A DNA stretch of 63,630 nt, the filler included, from Octopus bimaculoides (Eukaryota): assembly GCF_001194135.2 (NCBI RefSeq). It is 8 parts of 8 records of this genome, joined end to end, with 100 filler letters (N's around TTAATTAATTAA, not from the genome) between each part and the next. Parts side by side here need not be neighbours in the genome. Positions count along the whole stretch, not along the records: positions 23,148 to 28,896 come from NC_068986.1; positions 28,997 to 46,485 come from NC_068982.1; 6 more parts are not named here. The stretch is one strand, 5' to 3'. A program made the translations under genes and the position numbers. Shown one piece after another: positions 27,060-40,980 of this stretch. How positions within the stretch are numbered: the first letter of the stretch is position 1; each line of letters starts with the position of its first letter. The notes beneath the pieces are model-generated. The model did no database searches. It was given only the letters and a program-made list of their open reading frames with translations, and was not told where the DNA came from.

Positions 27060-28832
27060 NNNNNNNNNNNNNNNNNNNNNNNNNNNNNNNNNNNNNNNNN
27101 NNNNNNNNNNNNNNNNNNNNNNNNNNNNNNNNNNNNNNNNNNNNNNNNNNNNNNNNNNNNNNNNNNNNNNNNNNNNNNNNNNNNNNNNNNNNNNNNNNNN
27201 NNNNNNNNNNNNNNNNNNNNNNNNNNNNNNNNNNNNNNNNNNNNNNNNNNNNNNNNNNNNNNNNNNNNNNNNNNNNNNNNNNNNNNNNNNNNNNNNNNNN
27301 NNNNNNNNNNNNNNNNNNNNNNNNNNNNNNNNNNNNNNNNNNNNNNNNNNNNNNNNNNNNNNNNNNNNNNNNNNNNNNNNNNNNNNNNNNNNNNNNNNNN
27401 NNNNNNNNNNNNNNNNNNNNNNNNNNNNNNNNNNNNNNNNNNNNNNNNNNNNNNNNNNNNNNNNNNNNNNNNNNNNNNNNNNNNNNNNNNNNNNNNNNNN
27501 NNNNNNNNNNNNNNNNNNNNNNNNNNNNNNNNNNNNNNNNNNNNNNNNNNNNNNNNNNNNNNNNNNNNNNNNNNNNNNNNNNNNNNNNNNNNNNNNNNNN
27601 NNNNNNNNNNNNNNNNNNNNNNNNNNNNNNNNNNNNNNNNNNNNNNNNNNNNNNNNNNNNNNNNNNNNNNNNNNNNNNNNNNNNNNNNNNNNNNNNNNNN
27701 NNNNNNNNNGCTTAGCAACATTGCTCTGCCTTCACACTCCACCAGCATCTATTCATGCCCCTTTTTTAAATTCCTTTTATTAATACGAAAATGATATAAC
27801 ATAATTTTCATAAATGCTTTCAAGTTTCTCATTCTGTTATATTCAATCCTTTTTTGTTTTTGCATATTTTCACACTATTTGTTCCCTGTTCTTTTGTTTC
27901 ATATATTTTCCATTGTTTTGTTTAGATTTTTATTGTATTTTCTTACTTTTCTATTTTATGCAAAACTATTTCAGTTTATTGATTTTGTCGCTCATTTTTT
28001 TCTCTTTATTTCTTATCGTATTTCTTTCTGCTTCTTGCCACAGTTGAACAAATTTGCAAAGACCACAGGATAAATCTCAATAATAAGATTTTTCATCTGT
28101 AAATTCCTGTTTTGTGTACCACTATCTTTCATATTTCTCCATACGCAAAAACCGCGCCCTCACATCCTCACAAACATATATCTATACAGAAAAACTTATA
28201 GGGAAACATTATGTGAGCATACACACACACACACACATACACACGCCCATGTATGTATGCATGTATGTATGTATTTACATATTTATTTATTTATGATTAT
28301 TATTGATAATCCTATTTTCTTCTATAAGGAATATCCCTCATAAAACACCGTTAAAAGAAATAAAAGAAATACATTTGTATTGCTATGAAACCAAGCGAAA
28401 CCAACGAGAGGGCAAACCCACCGAAATACATACAATTTTCTTGTTCATATAATAATTTCTCTTTCTCTCTTTCGCTCTTTCTCTCCCTCTCACACATAGA
28501 GTAAACCACATACATACATGATAATATAGGAATATGCATTTCCGCTGTTGCTCTTTTCAATGTACAATATACAAACAAGCAAAAATATGTATTATATATA
28601 TATATACCTAAAAGACAAATGAACAACCTCATGCGAATGTACGCATGTATATATGTGCGTGTTGTGTGTATGTATGTATGTATGTATAGGGTCATATACA
28701 TATGCATACATACATACATACATACATACATACATACATACATGCATATACACTGACACGCATGCACAGAATCATTAAGTATTTAAGATTATTACATTTC
28801 TTCACGCCCCGCTACATACATGCATTTATAAA

Positions 28833-28896
<64 letters not shown>

Positions 28897-28996
28897 NNNN
28901 NNNNNNNNNNNNNNNNNNNNNNNNNNNNNNNNNNNNNNNNTTAATTAATTAANNNNNNNNNNNNNNNNNNNNNNNNNNNNNNNNNNNNNNNNNNNN

Positions 28997-29028
<32 letters not shown>

Positions 29029-30427
29029 CCAAACAACAAGGGTAAAATTAAATAGCAACGCCTTAACTTTGTATTAATTATTCCCATTTCTTAACTCAGT
29101 ACAATCATCTTCGGAAATCAAAGTCAACCTATTGTTGATCAATACATGTATTTACTCATGTTAATATATTGAATCGATTCGGGTTGGCTTTGATTACCGA
29201 AGATGGTTGTGCTGGATTTAAGCGAGTTATGGAATGAGAATAACTAATAAAATATTAAACTGATGTTATCTATTTCCGTCTTTGTCGTGTTGTATATGCA
29301 TATAGTATAGTATGTAGTTTTACGTCCATCTAATGTTATTACATGTACTATGTGTATGGTAATGCAAGGTACCACAATTTTCATTACACAAAGCTGGTAG
29401 TCATTTATATAAAAAAATTAATTTTTGCATTTTCTTACACTTCTGCAACAAATACTGTGACGAAATTAAAGTTGATGAAGATGAAACCTAGATGGACGAC
29501 AACGTAATTATGACTGAAGATAACAAAATTGAAGCTGATAATGACGAATCTGAGGTTGACGTTGACAGGACTGAAGTTTGTTTTTAATCTAGGTACACAA
29601 GTAAAGGATTGTAAAGAAGGTAGGGTTAATCGATTACATCGACTCCAATACTTAACTGATACTTTATTTCATTGACTTCAAGAGAATGAATGATAAAATA
29701 TTGTACATGAAAATAATGTTAATGAGATATGATGATAACGAACAAATGGAGAAGGGCTTTTACATCCCTGTAGCCGGTTCATGATGCCAGTTTTATTAAT
29801 GGACGAAACATCTGATTTGCGAAAGGTTTCCTCTTTATTTCTATAAAAAACAATCGTTAATTTGCATTTTGTTCTTCAATTCCAAAACCAACTCCGAAGC
29901 ACTAAAAAGCAAATGGTACGTGAAAAATATCTGAACTCTTCGAACAAATATTGCCAAAATGTTCCTTTTTAACTCTCAAACTGATTCTACAAAATGAAAG
30001 CTAAGAGAACATTCTTTCTACGAGAACAGATTACTGTAAAATGGCGTCTGTTATTCAACCAGTCACGTACAGCTGAGGACATTAAAAAATTCAGAAAAAC
30101 GGTTACTGCCAACTAGAAATTCTTCTAAGCAGAAAAAATGTCTAACCAAGAGATTTATGTTTGTTTTTGTTGATTTTTTTTTTTTATTTTACAGATTTTC
30201 AATTTGATAATAACTAGCAATCATGAAGATTGTTGAAAGATTGCTGTCATGTTATACGTTATGTTGCTCACTAAGAAGTATCCGTGATAATTAATTCACG
30301 GATATTTCTGATAGTAAAATTTGATAATGAACTCACGGATACTATAACTTAGTTGATAAAATATTTTAGAAGATTATTAATTAATTGGAGATATGTATCA
30401 GACACGATCCCCAAAGCACTAGAGCCC

Positions 30428-30468
<41 letters not shown>

Positions 30469-30767
30469 AAAAAAGAAATGTTTTATCTGACATTGGTTTT
30501 TAGTTGTTCTAATAAAAATATCCGTAAGAGATACGATTTTACTTCAGTGAAATACAAGATAAGTTTTCAGTCTTCAGTTATTAAAATATTCTTTTCTCCC
30601 TGGATATCAGTATCAATGCCAAAAAAAAAAAAAAAGCTTAGCTTAACAGAGATATTGTTATACTATGGGAGGGTCGTGAAACTAATTAAAACATACGTAT
30701 TGAGTGTATTTCACTTAAGATTTATTATCTTTTAATTAGATAATTAGGTAATGAATAATGATTTTAA

Positions 30768-30942
30768 ATTTTCGCACAGAGAAGGAGGGAGAGGGAAGTC
30801 GATTACATCGAACCAATATTTGATTGGCACTTACTTTATCGATCCCAAAAGGATGGAAGGCAAAATCTACCTCGGCGGAATTTGAACTCAAAACGTACAG
30901 ACGGACGAAATGCTGCTAACGATTCTGCCAGCTCGTCGCCTT
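30768..30942 (-). mobile_element. SINE family B
   Basis: gatcccaaaaggatggaaggcaaa..ggcggaatttgaactcaaaacgt..ctgccagctcgtcgcctt. Confidence 0.75.
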
Positions 30943-31296
30943 AATGAGGTTATAAATAGTAAAATAAATTGACTTCAGGTAGCATAGAGGAGGTGTGTGA
31001 GGAGAATATATATATCGATAAGATCACACACCGTGAAGAAAGAATCAATAAATTAATTTACCTATTAACTAATTATCTAATTTGCTGCAAATAAAACCCA
31101 AGTGAAATAAAACCAGTGTGCGTATTTCAGTTGAAAATATGACCTTCCCCCAAAATACAACAGTATCTGTTGTTCAACGCAATTTCAGGATCTTTTCCCT
31201 TTGAACGGCAGATCGAGAAATTAATTTTTTGTAACTAAACACTTTCAAACTTTGGACACTGGTAGAATGTGTCATATAAAACATCTTTTACTTTTA

Positions 31297-31908
31297 GTGT
31301 TGTTGAGAAAAGTTAAATATTTTCAAAGTTATTTCGTGTTAAAGTAGTCGTATTTCGGTAATTTCAACCATTCATTTGTCACTGTTATTTATGACACCGT
31401 TCGTACGTTTGTACTGGTTTTAGCTTTAGGGTTAGGGTTTTAGGGTTAGGGTTTTAGAGTTAGGGTTAGGATTTTAGAGTTAGGGTTAGGGTTTTAGAGT
31501 TAAGGTTTTAGGGTTAGGGTTAGGGTTCGGATTTTAGGGTTAGGGTTACGGAAAAAAGTGAAAAATGAAGAAATTGGAGGGGAGGGGGGAAAAGTCTTTC
31601 CGAAAATAGTAGCTGAAAAGCAGGAAAAAAACAAACTAAAAGCAGTAGAAATGCACGAACGATTGCGGTGGTGCCATGAAGTAAACATGATTGAGATACA
31701 CTCGTTTATTCATACAAACGTAACTGAGATGAAATATGTCATAAATAGCAGTGACAAACGAAATATACACCGCCGGAAGTTGTTGTTGATAAACAACAGC
31801 AGTAATTTTATTCAGCTGAATGCACGTCATTGATTGGTTGAAATTACCGAAATACGACAACTTTAACACGAAATAACTTTGAAAATATTTAACTTTTCTC
31901 AACAACAC
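31297..31908. mobile_element. TIR/foldback element (74-bp arms) containing telomere-like repeats
   Basis: 31297-31370 is the reverse complement of 31835-31908 with 1 mismatch; TTAGGG/TTTTAGGG/TTAGAG units lie at ~31425-31548. Confidence 0.8.
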
Positions 31909-33124
31909 GTTGATTCGTCCTTTTGGTAGGTTTTAATTTTGCCCAGCTAGGTTTCCTAGCAATCCTCCTCACAGGGAAAAATTGGTAGGGGAACCGACGA
32001 GCAACCGTGCAACAAACTGCATCGGACGAAGTTACCAGTAGCTCGTGAACATCACACGCGCGCGCACACATTTTCACAGTTTAGCTCTATAAAAGGAAAA
32101 TAGATTTCCTAGTCACGAAAATAGTAGCAAAAGTTCTGAATTTTGCTCTGTGGTTTGCAAACTACATAGCGAGATATGAAAGTAAAGAATATAGAAGGGA
32201 GGTAAAAATTGGTGAGTAAATAAATAAGTATAAAAACCCCCCACAAGTGTCACATACTACTATTGCTGTTTCACGCTTCTTTTTCTTGTGTCCCTGTCCA
32301 AATTGAATTAGGGTAGATGTAAATATTTTTACAATATCTAAATATAGTAGCAGCGCGTCAAATGTTTGAAACCTTCGTTTCGTTTTCAAGGAGAATTAAA
32401 TGTTTAAAATTATAACAGCTTACACGTTTACAAGGAGTAAAAATAATCCTCATGAGATATAAAGCTTCTACCTCTAACCGGCCTCAATTCCAAACAACTG
32501 TAGTAGGATTTCTGTACACAAACCTGCAACATTAACGCTGTAGAAAACATTCCTAGTAGTAGCAGTAGTGTGATGATGGTTGTTTTTTAAGGGGTGGGAA
32601 CTGGTGGCGGTCGTGGTATTGAAGAGGAAGGAAGCATAAGATATAAAAGCGATATAGATAAGTAACAAAAAGTTCAAATGACATTAAATGCCGAAGTCTC
32701 TTTTGATGTTCAATTGCTTTTACGTCAGCAATTGCCGACAAGCTCGTAAAAATCGATATGTTACCTTTGTGAGTAGCGTTCCGTCATTTTTGTCGTGGCC
32801 GAGAATTAGTAATAAAGAAATAGTGATGTACAAAGTTGAAGAGACATGTTACATAGAAATAGTACGCTATAAGTGATCCACCTGGAATATTTCATTATTT
32901 TTACCCGCGCAGGAGTCACAGGTATATAAAGGGATATGTTTGTTTTTACAGAGATACTTTTGTGGAGAAATCTTTCTCAGATGTCAGACAAAAGCATACA
33001 TACATACATATGCATGCATGCATGTATGTATGTGTATGTATGTATGTATGTGTGTGTGTCTGTGTGTATACATGTATGTGTGTATATGTGCGTATATACA
33101 TGCGTATGTGTGTATATGGGTGTA

Positions 33125-33466
33125 TATGGGAGACTCCCTTCGGTCATGAATGGACCATGGGATTGCACCTAAAAGTTGCCCTCCAAGGCACAAGTCCAGA
33201 TAAGGTTGTTTATGGAAGACCAGCAATTGCCCATGCATACCAGCCTCCCCTCTCCACACCATTGATGTTATCCAAGGGAAAGGCAAAGGCCGATACAGCT
33301 TGGCACCAGTGATGTCACAACTCATTTCTACAGCTGAGTTAATTGGAGCAACGTGAAATAAAGTATCTTGCTCAAGAACAGAACATGCAGCCCAGTCCGG
33401 GAATCGAACTGACAACCTCACGATCGTAAGCTCAACGCTCTAACTACTGAGCCATGCGCCTTCACA
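33125..33466 (-). mobile_element. SINE family D, near full length
   Basis: Minus strand begins gtgaaggcgcatggctcagtagttagagc..gttcgattccc (tRNA A and B boxes). Its 3' part recurs at 54535-54648. Confidence 0.75.
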
Positions 33467-36400
33467 AGGGGTGTATATACATGCTCATGTAAACTATATA
33501 AATTCGAAGCGGCTCACTGTATCACTGCTCAGAGTTTCTCGCGACGGATAGGTGTTATATGCACAAAGAAAGTGTAGCTAAGAATAAAAGAGTGGTGTTA
33601 CCTCCGAGAATCAAACCACTCAGCGGCTGAAAACTGGACAGCCAAGAAAACCACTTCACCAGAGAAACCTACTAAATTTCTAGTAAATACTTTTAAAGGG
33701 TGACTTTATTAGGCTAATATATTTTAGAAGTATTTCAGCGAAGTCACCGGTCAGAAGAGACTTTTTTCCTTGCCAGGGACGCCTCAAAGACGTCTTATAA
33801 ATTATATGAATCTCATCCGGACAGCAGTTATCTGTGTAAATGTTATGTTGGTTCCCACAACTTCATCTTTACTGTTTGTGTTTCCCTGCCATTAAAAGGT
33901 TGGATACATAATTTCACTGAATAACATTTGATAACGAAAACCAAATAGTAATAAAAGTCGACCACCAGTTGAATCTTAATTACCGACTCTGTTTAAACAT
34001 TAAGTATACAATTTTCTAGACGAACCCATATTTGCATTGTGTCATTTTTACATCACCTAGATATATCTATGGGTTTTAAACTGAAGTCACATAATCTAAT
34101 TCGCCTCCTCAAATAGTGAAATAATGATATTAAAATGCTAGCCTGATGTGGTTAACGAAATTCCAGTTTAATTGCAATCTGTTCGTTGAGAGCTTAATAT
34201 GAGACGGGGATTTCAGTAAAAATTAATTACAGTCGACTACTGCCACTCAAGTTGGTCTTATGAAATCCACTCATGAGAACTCTGCAGCTTAGTTCAATAG
34301 TACCAATACTCTAACACTACACTAAAAAAAAAAAAAAAAAAAAAAACATTTTTTAAACGTGAAACTGCATTCTCTGTATTTATGCAAAATACATAACTCA
34401 AAACTGTTGTCATTTTTTTCACCAATTTCAAACCCAACAGTTAATTTACAACCTCTTATTGAATTATCACAGATTTTTACATTATGAAGACTTCATTAGA
34501 CCTGTTAAGTTTCTCCATCAGGGCCCAGATAGTATTTTACTCCTGAACAACTGGTAGGCTCGACCTGCATATCTAGACTTAGACACATACACGCACGCAC
34601 ACACACGCACGCACGCACACACACACACAAGCCAACCCCAAAGCCTCCTCTTGATTGCTTGAACTGTTAGAAGTAACAGCCAAATCTCTTCAGGTCATAC
34701 TTCATCATTAAAAAAAAGAAAAGGAAGAGAAAAGTAAACAAAAAGTTACATTGGATAAAATAATCTTAGATATACTGTGCCTGAAATAATGATGAAATGG
34801 TCACGATTGGAATATATTTAAGCAGAAGACTGCTTATTCGAACTCACCTGAACCTAAAAAATAAAACTATATCCAGGTGAGCCATCACTGACTAAGACTA
34901 TAAGCACCAAGCCACGGGTTGCAGAGGAATTACTGTCATTTACCAGCACTCTACAACCACTGACTCATCAAACAGTTTCTCATTAAATTAATTCTAATGC
35001 TACTACAACTGCTTCTACTTCGCTGAATATACTGACTTTATACCGTAACCGATTAAGCTCACTCAATGCATAAACTTGTCCTCCTCCTTTTACCCATTCT
35101 CATCTCCATATCCACCAAACTCTTTCCCCCACCCAATCTCATCTCCATACCCGCCAAACTCTTTCTCTCATTCTCTTACTCTTCTTTCTCAGATCATACT
35201 CCCTCTGAAACACCCCTTACTTGTCGGGTTTTCGTCTTTAATTATTAACCTTTAATTGCTCCAATTACATGGTAAAGGCACATCTTAAGCCAAACATTGC
35301 ATATAAATTGCACACCTCATCCAGTAATCCATCGTTTTATCATAGCAGCCAGGTAATTCTGAAATGACTTCACTGCACTGTTTCCATCTTATAAGGTTTC
35401 AAATAGTTTTAGTTTTTGTTGTTGTTTAGCCACGTCAGCCCTGATCAAGCAAACCTTTGATCAAAGGCGTTCGAGTTCTGACGACCTGCCTTTTTGTATA
35501 TACATCTATGGCTGCATTGTCTAATGTGTTCATCCGTTTTGAAGATAGTAAAGGTACAATTTTAAGAGTGATTTGACTGCTATTTCTGGCAAAGAAACGG
35601 GGTAAAGAGAGTGAGACCACTAGAAATTGTCTGGTTGGCTCTTTCTTTTTCATTTGCTGATGTTGTTGTTCAACTACATTGTTTTACTTGCAATCAGTTC
35701 GTCCTTACATTTTTGAGTTCAAATCCAGGCCGAACCGACGTTACCTTTCAGTTCTCAAGAATCTATAAATGTGTACCGTAAGTATATGTAAATAACAGTG
35801 TCGACTTACTCGACCATACCTTTCTCATACAAACAATAACCGTATGTCTAGTCAAAAGAAATCAATATTTTCCGTAAAATGACTGATCAACTGTGATAAA
35901 AATACACACACATACGCGCGCGCACACACACACACACAAAGTTTCTCTCTCTCTCTCTCTCTCTCTTTCACACACACACACACGTTCAGCTACTTATACA
36001 TTATTTCTCTTCTGTTGCTTTCAGCTACTACAGCTGTTGTTCTGTTGTTCTGTTAAGAAAAAACCGGACTAATTTCGTCAACCTGACCATTCCCTAGTCA
36101 ACAATGTTTATACTGATATCAGAAGATAAGTTGTCGCCCTATTAACTCATGATATACACACACACAGCCACTACCACCATAACGACGACGACAACGGCCA
36201 CTACCACCACCACTACTTCCACCACCATTAGTATTCCAGTACTACCAACATCCCCACCTCTTGTTAACATAACATTCCAGCTTACACCACTATCTCTTCC
36301 TCCTCTTATTGTTCTCTTCCTCTACCGTTTCAGTGCCAGCTTTAAACTGCGAAACTATTAATATTTCTTTTTTAGTTATTACTTCCATTTATTTTTTACT

Positions 36401-37297
36401 GTTTACAAAGAAAATACAGGTTAAAGGGTGGGGTGGGGCCGGGGGAAAGCAAANNNNNNNNNNNNNNNNNNNNNNNNNNNNNNNNNNNNNNNNNNNNNNN
36501 NNNNNNNNNNNNNNNNNNNNNNNNNNNNNNNNNNNNNNNNNNNNNNNNNNNNNNNNNNNNNNNNNNNNNNNNNNNNNNNNNNNNNNNNNNNNNNNNNNNN
36601 NNNNNNNNNNNNNNNNNNNNNNNNNNNNNNNNNNNNNNNNNNNNNNNNNNNNNNNNNNNNNNNNNNNNNNNNNNNNNNNNNNNNNNNNNNNNNNNNNNNN
36701 NNNNNNNNNNNNNNNNNNNNNNNNNNNNNNNNNNNNNNNNNNNNNNNNNNNNNNNNNNNNNNNNNNNNNNNNNNNNNNNNNNNNNNNNNNNNNNNNNNNN
36801 NNNNNNNNNNNNNNNNNNNNNNNNNNNNNNNNNNNNNNNNNNNNNNNNNNNNNNNNNNNNNNNNNNNNNNNNNNNNNNNNNNNNNNNNNNNNNNNNNNNN
36901 NNNNNNNNNNNNNNNNNNNNNNNNNNNNNNNNNNNNNNNNNNNNNNNNNNNNNNNNNNNNNNNNNNNNNNNNNNNNNNNNNNNNNNNNNNNNNNNNNNNN
37001 NNNNNNNNNNNNNNNNNNNNNNNNNNNNNNNNNNNNNNNNNNNNNNNNNNNNNNNNNNNNNNNNNNNNNNNNNNNNNNNNNNNNNNNNNNNNNNNNNNNN
37101 NNNNNNNNNNNNNNNNNNNNNNNNNNNNNNNNNNNNNNNNNNNNNNNNNNNNNNNNNNNNNNNNNNNNNNNNNNNNNNNNNNNNNNNNNNNNNNNNNNNN
37201 NNNNNNNNNNNNNNNNNNNNNNNNNNNNNNNNNNNNNNNNNNGTGTATGCATATATAACCATCTGTCTGTCTATATACTTATATCACACACACACAC

Positions 37298-37344
<47 letters not shown>

Positions 37345-37346
<2 letters not shown>

Positions 37347-37915
37347 ATGGAATAGAATACAAAGAGCTTGTGACAAAGCAGACAGGGTGAACACGTGGTA
37401 CAAAACCGACAAATATCAAGGAGTGATGTTTGTAGAGGCCACGGCCCATGGAGAACTAGCCCGTAGATTTAGGAAAGCTCTGAAGGAGACAAACTCAACA
37501 TTAAGATCGTTGAAAAACCATGGAACTCCATTAGATCACAACTGTGTAGGACGTACCCCTTTGAGAATACCATATGCACCAATGATAACTACATGGTATT
37601 CTTGATTAACCCTAGCATTAACTGTAGAACTAGAAATGTAGTCTACAGCATAAGGTGCTTGTAAAGACAAGAATATGGCATACATTGAAGAGACATCTAG
37701 CATATTGCGGAAAGACTAAATGAACAATTGAGACAATATTATGACAAAAAACAGTCCTCCATACTCTACCAACATGCCAAGGAACAACATGGAGGCAACC
37801 TGGGTCAACTTGACATCCGCATTTTATCCAAGCACCCAAAGGACCCAACACTCAGACAAATACAGGGGTACGTCCTCATAAATGAGACATCTCCAGTACT
37901 AAATAGGAAATATAT
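37345..37915 (+). mobile_element. Penelope-like element, linker and GIY-YIG endonuclease fragment
   Basis: YQGVMFVEAT..GELA..IKIVEK..CRTRNVVYSIRC/CKDKNMAYIEETS/IAERLNEQ..SILYQHAKEQH..DPTLRQI..PVLNRK. VY...YI(G>E)ET is the GIY-YIG motif; frameshifted. Confidence 0.75.
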
Positions 37916-38688
37916 GTAGTAGGTAATCATACCCCACACCCACAGTTTATATATATATATATATATATNNNNNNNNNNNNNNNNNNNNNNNNNNNNNNNN
38001 NNNNNNNNNNNNNNNNNNNNNNNNNNNNNNNNNNNNNNNNNNNNNNNNNNNNNNNNNNNNNNNNNNNNNNNNNNNNNNNNNNNNNNNNNNNNNNNNNNNN
38101 NNNNNNNNNNNNNNNNNNNNNNNNNNNNNNNNNNNNNNNNNNNNNNNNNNNNNNNNNNNNNNNNNNNNNNNNNNNNNNNNNNNNNNNNNNNNNNNNNNNN
38201 NNNNNNNNNNNNNNNNNNNNNNNNNNNNNNNNNNNNNNNNNNNNNNNNNNNNNNNNNNNNNNNNNNNNNNNNNNNNNNNNNNNNNNNNNNNNNNNNNNNN
38301 NNNNNNNNNNNNNNNNNNNNNNNNNNNNNNNNNNNNNNNNNNNATATATATATATATATACAGGTAGAATAGTTAGTGGGCCATTATGTAGATGTATGTG
38401 TGTGTGTGTGTGTATACCGTATATGTATATGCATATGTATGTAAGTAAATGGATATGAATGTAAATAGACACAGAGGTGGATAGATATATAGGTAATGTG
38501 AGCAGACAAGCGCACATACACACATACATACGCAAATGAAAACTGAAACACGTGACCATATACATACGCACTTCACTTCACACAAGGACACATATGGAGA
38601 CACACATCCATACATACAGACACTGTACATAGTCACATAAACCCATACCCAGACACACTCAAACATGCACACACAAGGAGACAGAGGT

Positions 38689-38730
<42 letters not shown>

Positions 38731-39167
38731 GCACGCACACACACACACATGCAAACACAGACACAGACACACATTAAAACACACAAACACATGAATATGC
38801 AGAATACATACATACAAACGTACACACATGCATACATATATACATACGCACACACGCACATACATGCATACACACACTTGCATACATACATACATACATA
38901 CATACATACATACATACATACATACACACCTACATACATACATGTGTACGTGCACACACACTAACCCACACACATGCGCACAAATAAACAAAAAGAACGC
39001 AGCTCGGATAAAGGACAGAGTCAACAATTATTGAAAAGGTTGCAAGACGTAACGAAAATTTTAGTAAAAATAAAAAAGTAAATGAATGGAAACGTTACCG
39101 GTGAGTATGTTAAATAATAAGGCATTAAAAGAGAATGACTCTCCCCAGACACAATAATATAAATATA

Positions 39168-39560
39168 GGCGCAGGAGTGGCTGTGTGGTAAGTAGCTTGC
39201 TTACCAACCACATAGTTCCGGGTTCAGTCCCACTGCGTGGCACCTTCAGCAAGTGTCTTCTACTATAGCCTCGGGCCGACCAAAGCCTTGTGAGTGGATT
39301 TGGTAGACGGAAACTGAAAGAAGCCCGTCTTATATATGTATATGTATATGTGTGTTTGTGCGTCTGCGTTTGTCCCCCCAACATCGCTTGACAACCGATG
39401 CTGGTGTGTTTACGTCCCCGTAACTTAGCGGTTCGGCAAAAGAGACCGATAGAATAAGTACTAGGCTTCCAAAGAATAAGTCCTGGGGTCGATTTGCTCG
39501 ACTAAAGGCGGTGCTCCAGCATGGCCGCAGTCAAATGACTGAAACAAGTAAAAGAGTAAA
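39168..39560 (+). mobile_element. SINE family A, full-length reference copy (tRNA head, CORE-like central motif, internal TA/TG microsatellite)
   Basis: ggcgcaggagtggctgtgtggtaag..gggttcagtccc..gcaccttcagcaagtgtcttc..; resembles described octopus tRNA-derived SINEs, but I cannot assign the exact family name. Confidence 0.85.
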
Positions 39561-39959
39561 AAAAAGAGAGTATATATAATACAATTATTAGCTAACATAT
39601 TTTGATTAATGTTTTTTAATCTCAAATTAAACAGATACATACATTCATCCATCCAACCATACATACATACATGCGCGCGTGCATTTTTTTAATTTTGTAA
39701 ATACATTCTTCTCTCCTTTTCCAGCTTATTCACGTGTTTAAAGGTATAGCAATTTCTTACAAAGCTTCTTAGCGGTGGTGGGCATTGGTTAAGTAAATTA
39801 ACCACTGAACTTAGCAGATATGTATTTTAAAGACAAAAAAACAGTCATTCCCCGCTCCACTAAATAACCCTCTACTAATTCTACCATTCACCGTCTCAAG
39901 GTGAGAATCCAGTGTTTCAATGTTGAAGAAATTGCCATGTTTACTGAGATTCTTTCTTA

Positions 39960-40140
39960 ATTTGGCACAAGTTGATTACATTGACACCATTACTTGACTG
40001 ATACTTTATTTTATCGATCTCCGAGATGAAAGGCAAAGTTGACCTCGACAGGATTTGAACACAGAAGGTAAAGAACCTGGAAACAAACCGCTAAGTATTT
40101 CGTTCGACGCTCTAACGATACTGCGAGCTCGCCGCCTTCA
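39960..40140 (-). mobile_element. SINE family B
   Basis: gatgaaaggcaaagttgacctcg..gagctcgccgccttca. Confidence 0.7.
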
Positions 40141-40379
40141 TGTTTAATAGTTTCCAGTTTGTTAAACGTCATAGTGGAGGAAAGAGAATTGTAAGGATGT
40201 AAAATTTATTTTCGCATCCCTCTCTTTATTAACTCTTCTTTAGATAAGAGGGGGAATGTTGCCAAAGATTTTCACTAATATTTTGGGTGTGCGTGGGGTG
40301 CTGGTATTTATTGATTTGAAAACCATTGAATTAATTCATGTATAATCATTTCTAAACTGTGGAAGGTGAAATCTCAGGT

Positions 40380-40550
40380 GAAGGGTTTAGTCGTTAAATC
40401 AATCCCAGTAGTACTTTATTCTAGCGAGTCCGGTGAGACGAAAAGCGAAGTTGACCTTGGTGGCATTTGAACTCGGATCATAAAAAATCGGAACAAATAC
40501 TACGAGGTATTTTGTCCAACGCTCAAGGGATCTCGTCAATCCACCGTCTT
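40380..40550 (-). mobile_element. SINE family B, decayed
   Basis: gcgaagttgaccttggtggcatttgaactcgg..tttgtccaacgctc. Confidence 0.55.
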
Positions 40551-40837
40551 TCCCAGTGTATAACATAAACAATGAATATCTCATTGAAATTTGTTCACCG
40601 TGACTTATAGGCGCAGGCGTGGCTGTGTCGTAAGAACTTTGTTTCCCAACCATATGATCCCAGGTTCAGTTCCACTGTGTGGCACCTTGGGCAAGTGTCT
40701 TCCACTATATCCTCGTGTCCGTCGTGTATATATATATATATATATATATATAAGTACACCAAAGTAAGCACATAAATGCGAAACAAGGTGGAAAAAATAG
40801 TACTCGAAAACCAGAGGTAGAGTAATATGCTTTATTA

Positions 40838-40929
40838 AAAAGCAGCAAAAATATCACAAAAACTGTTATTCAGAGTTTCACGTTCCCGACGAATGGGAAT
40901 AACAGTTTTTGTGATATTTTTGTTGCTTT

Positions 40930-40930
<1 letters not shown>
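40838..40930. repeat. Inverted repeat, 34-bp arms
   Basis: 40838-40871 pairs with 40897-40930 with 1 mismatch. Confidence 0.9.
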
Positions 40931-40967
<37 letters not shown>

Positions 40968-40980
40968 TACACACACACTT

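Noticed and set aside
31425-31548. True telomere or chromosome-fusion scar
   Set aside because: The array is short, degenerate, single-orientation and enclosed by transposon-like inverted arms.
25055-37355. ORFs of 140-350 aa running through N gaps
   Set aside because: Their length comes from X residues and CA/TA repeats.
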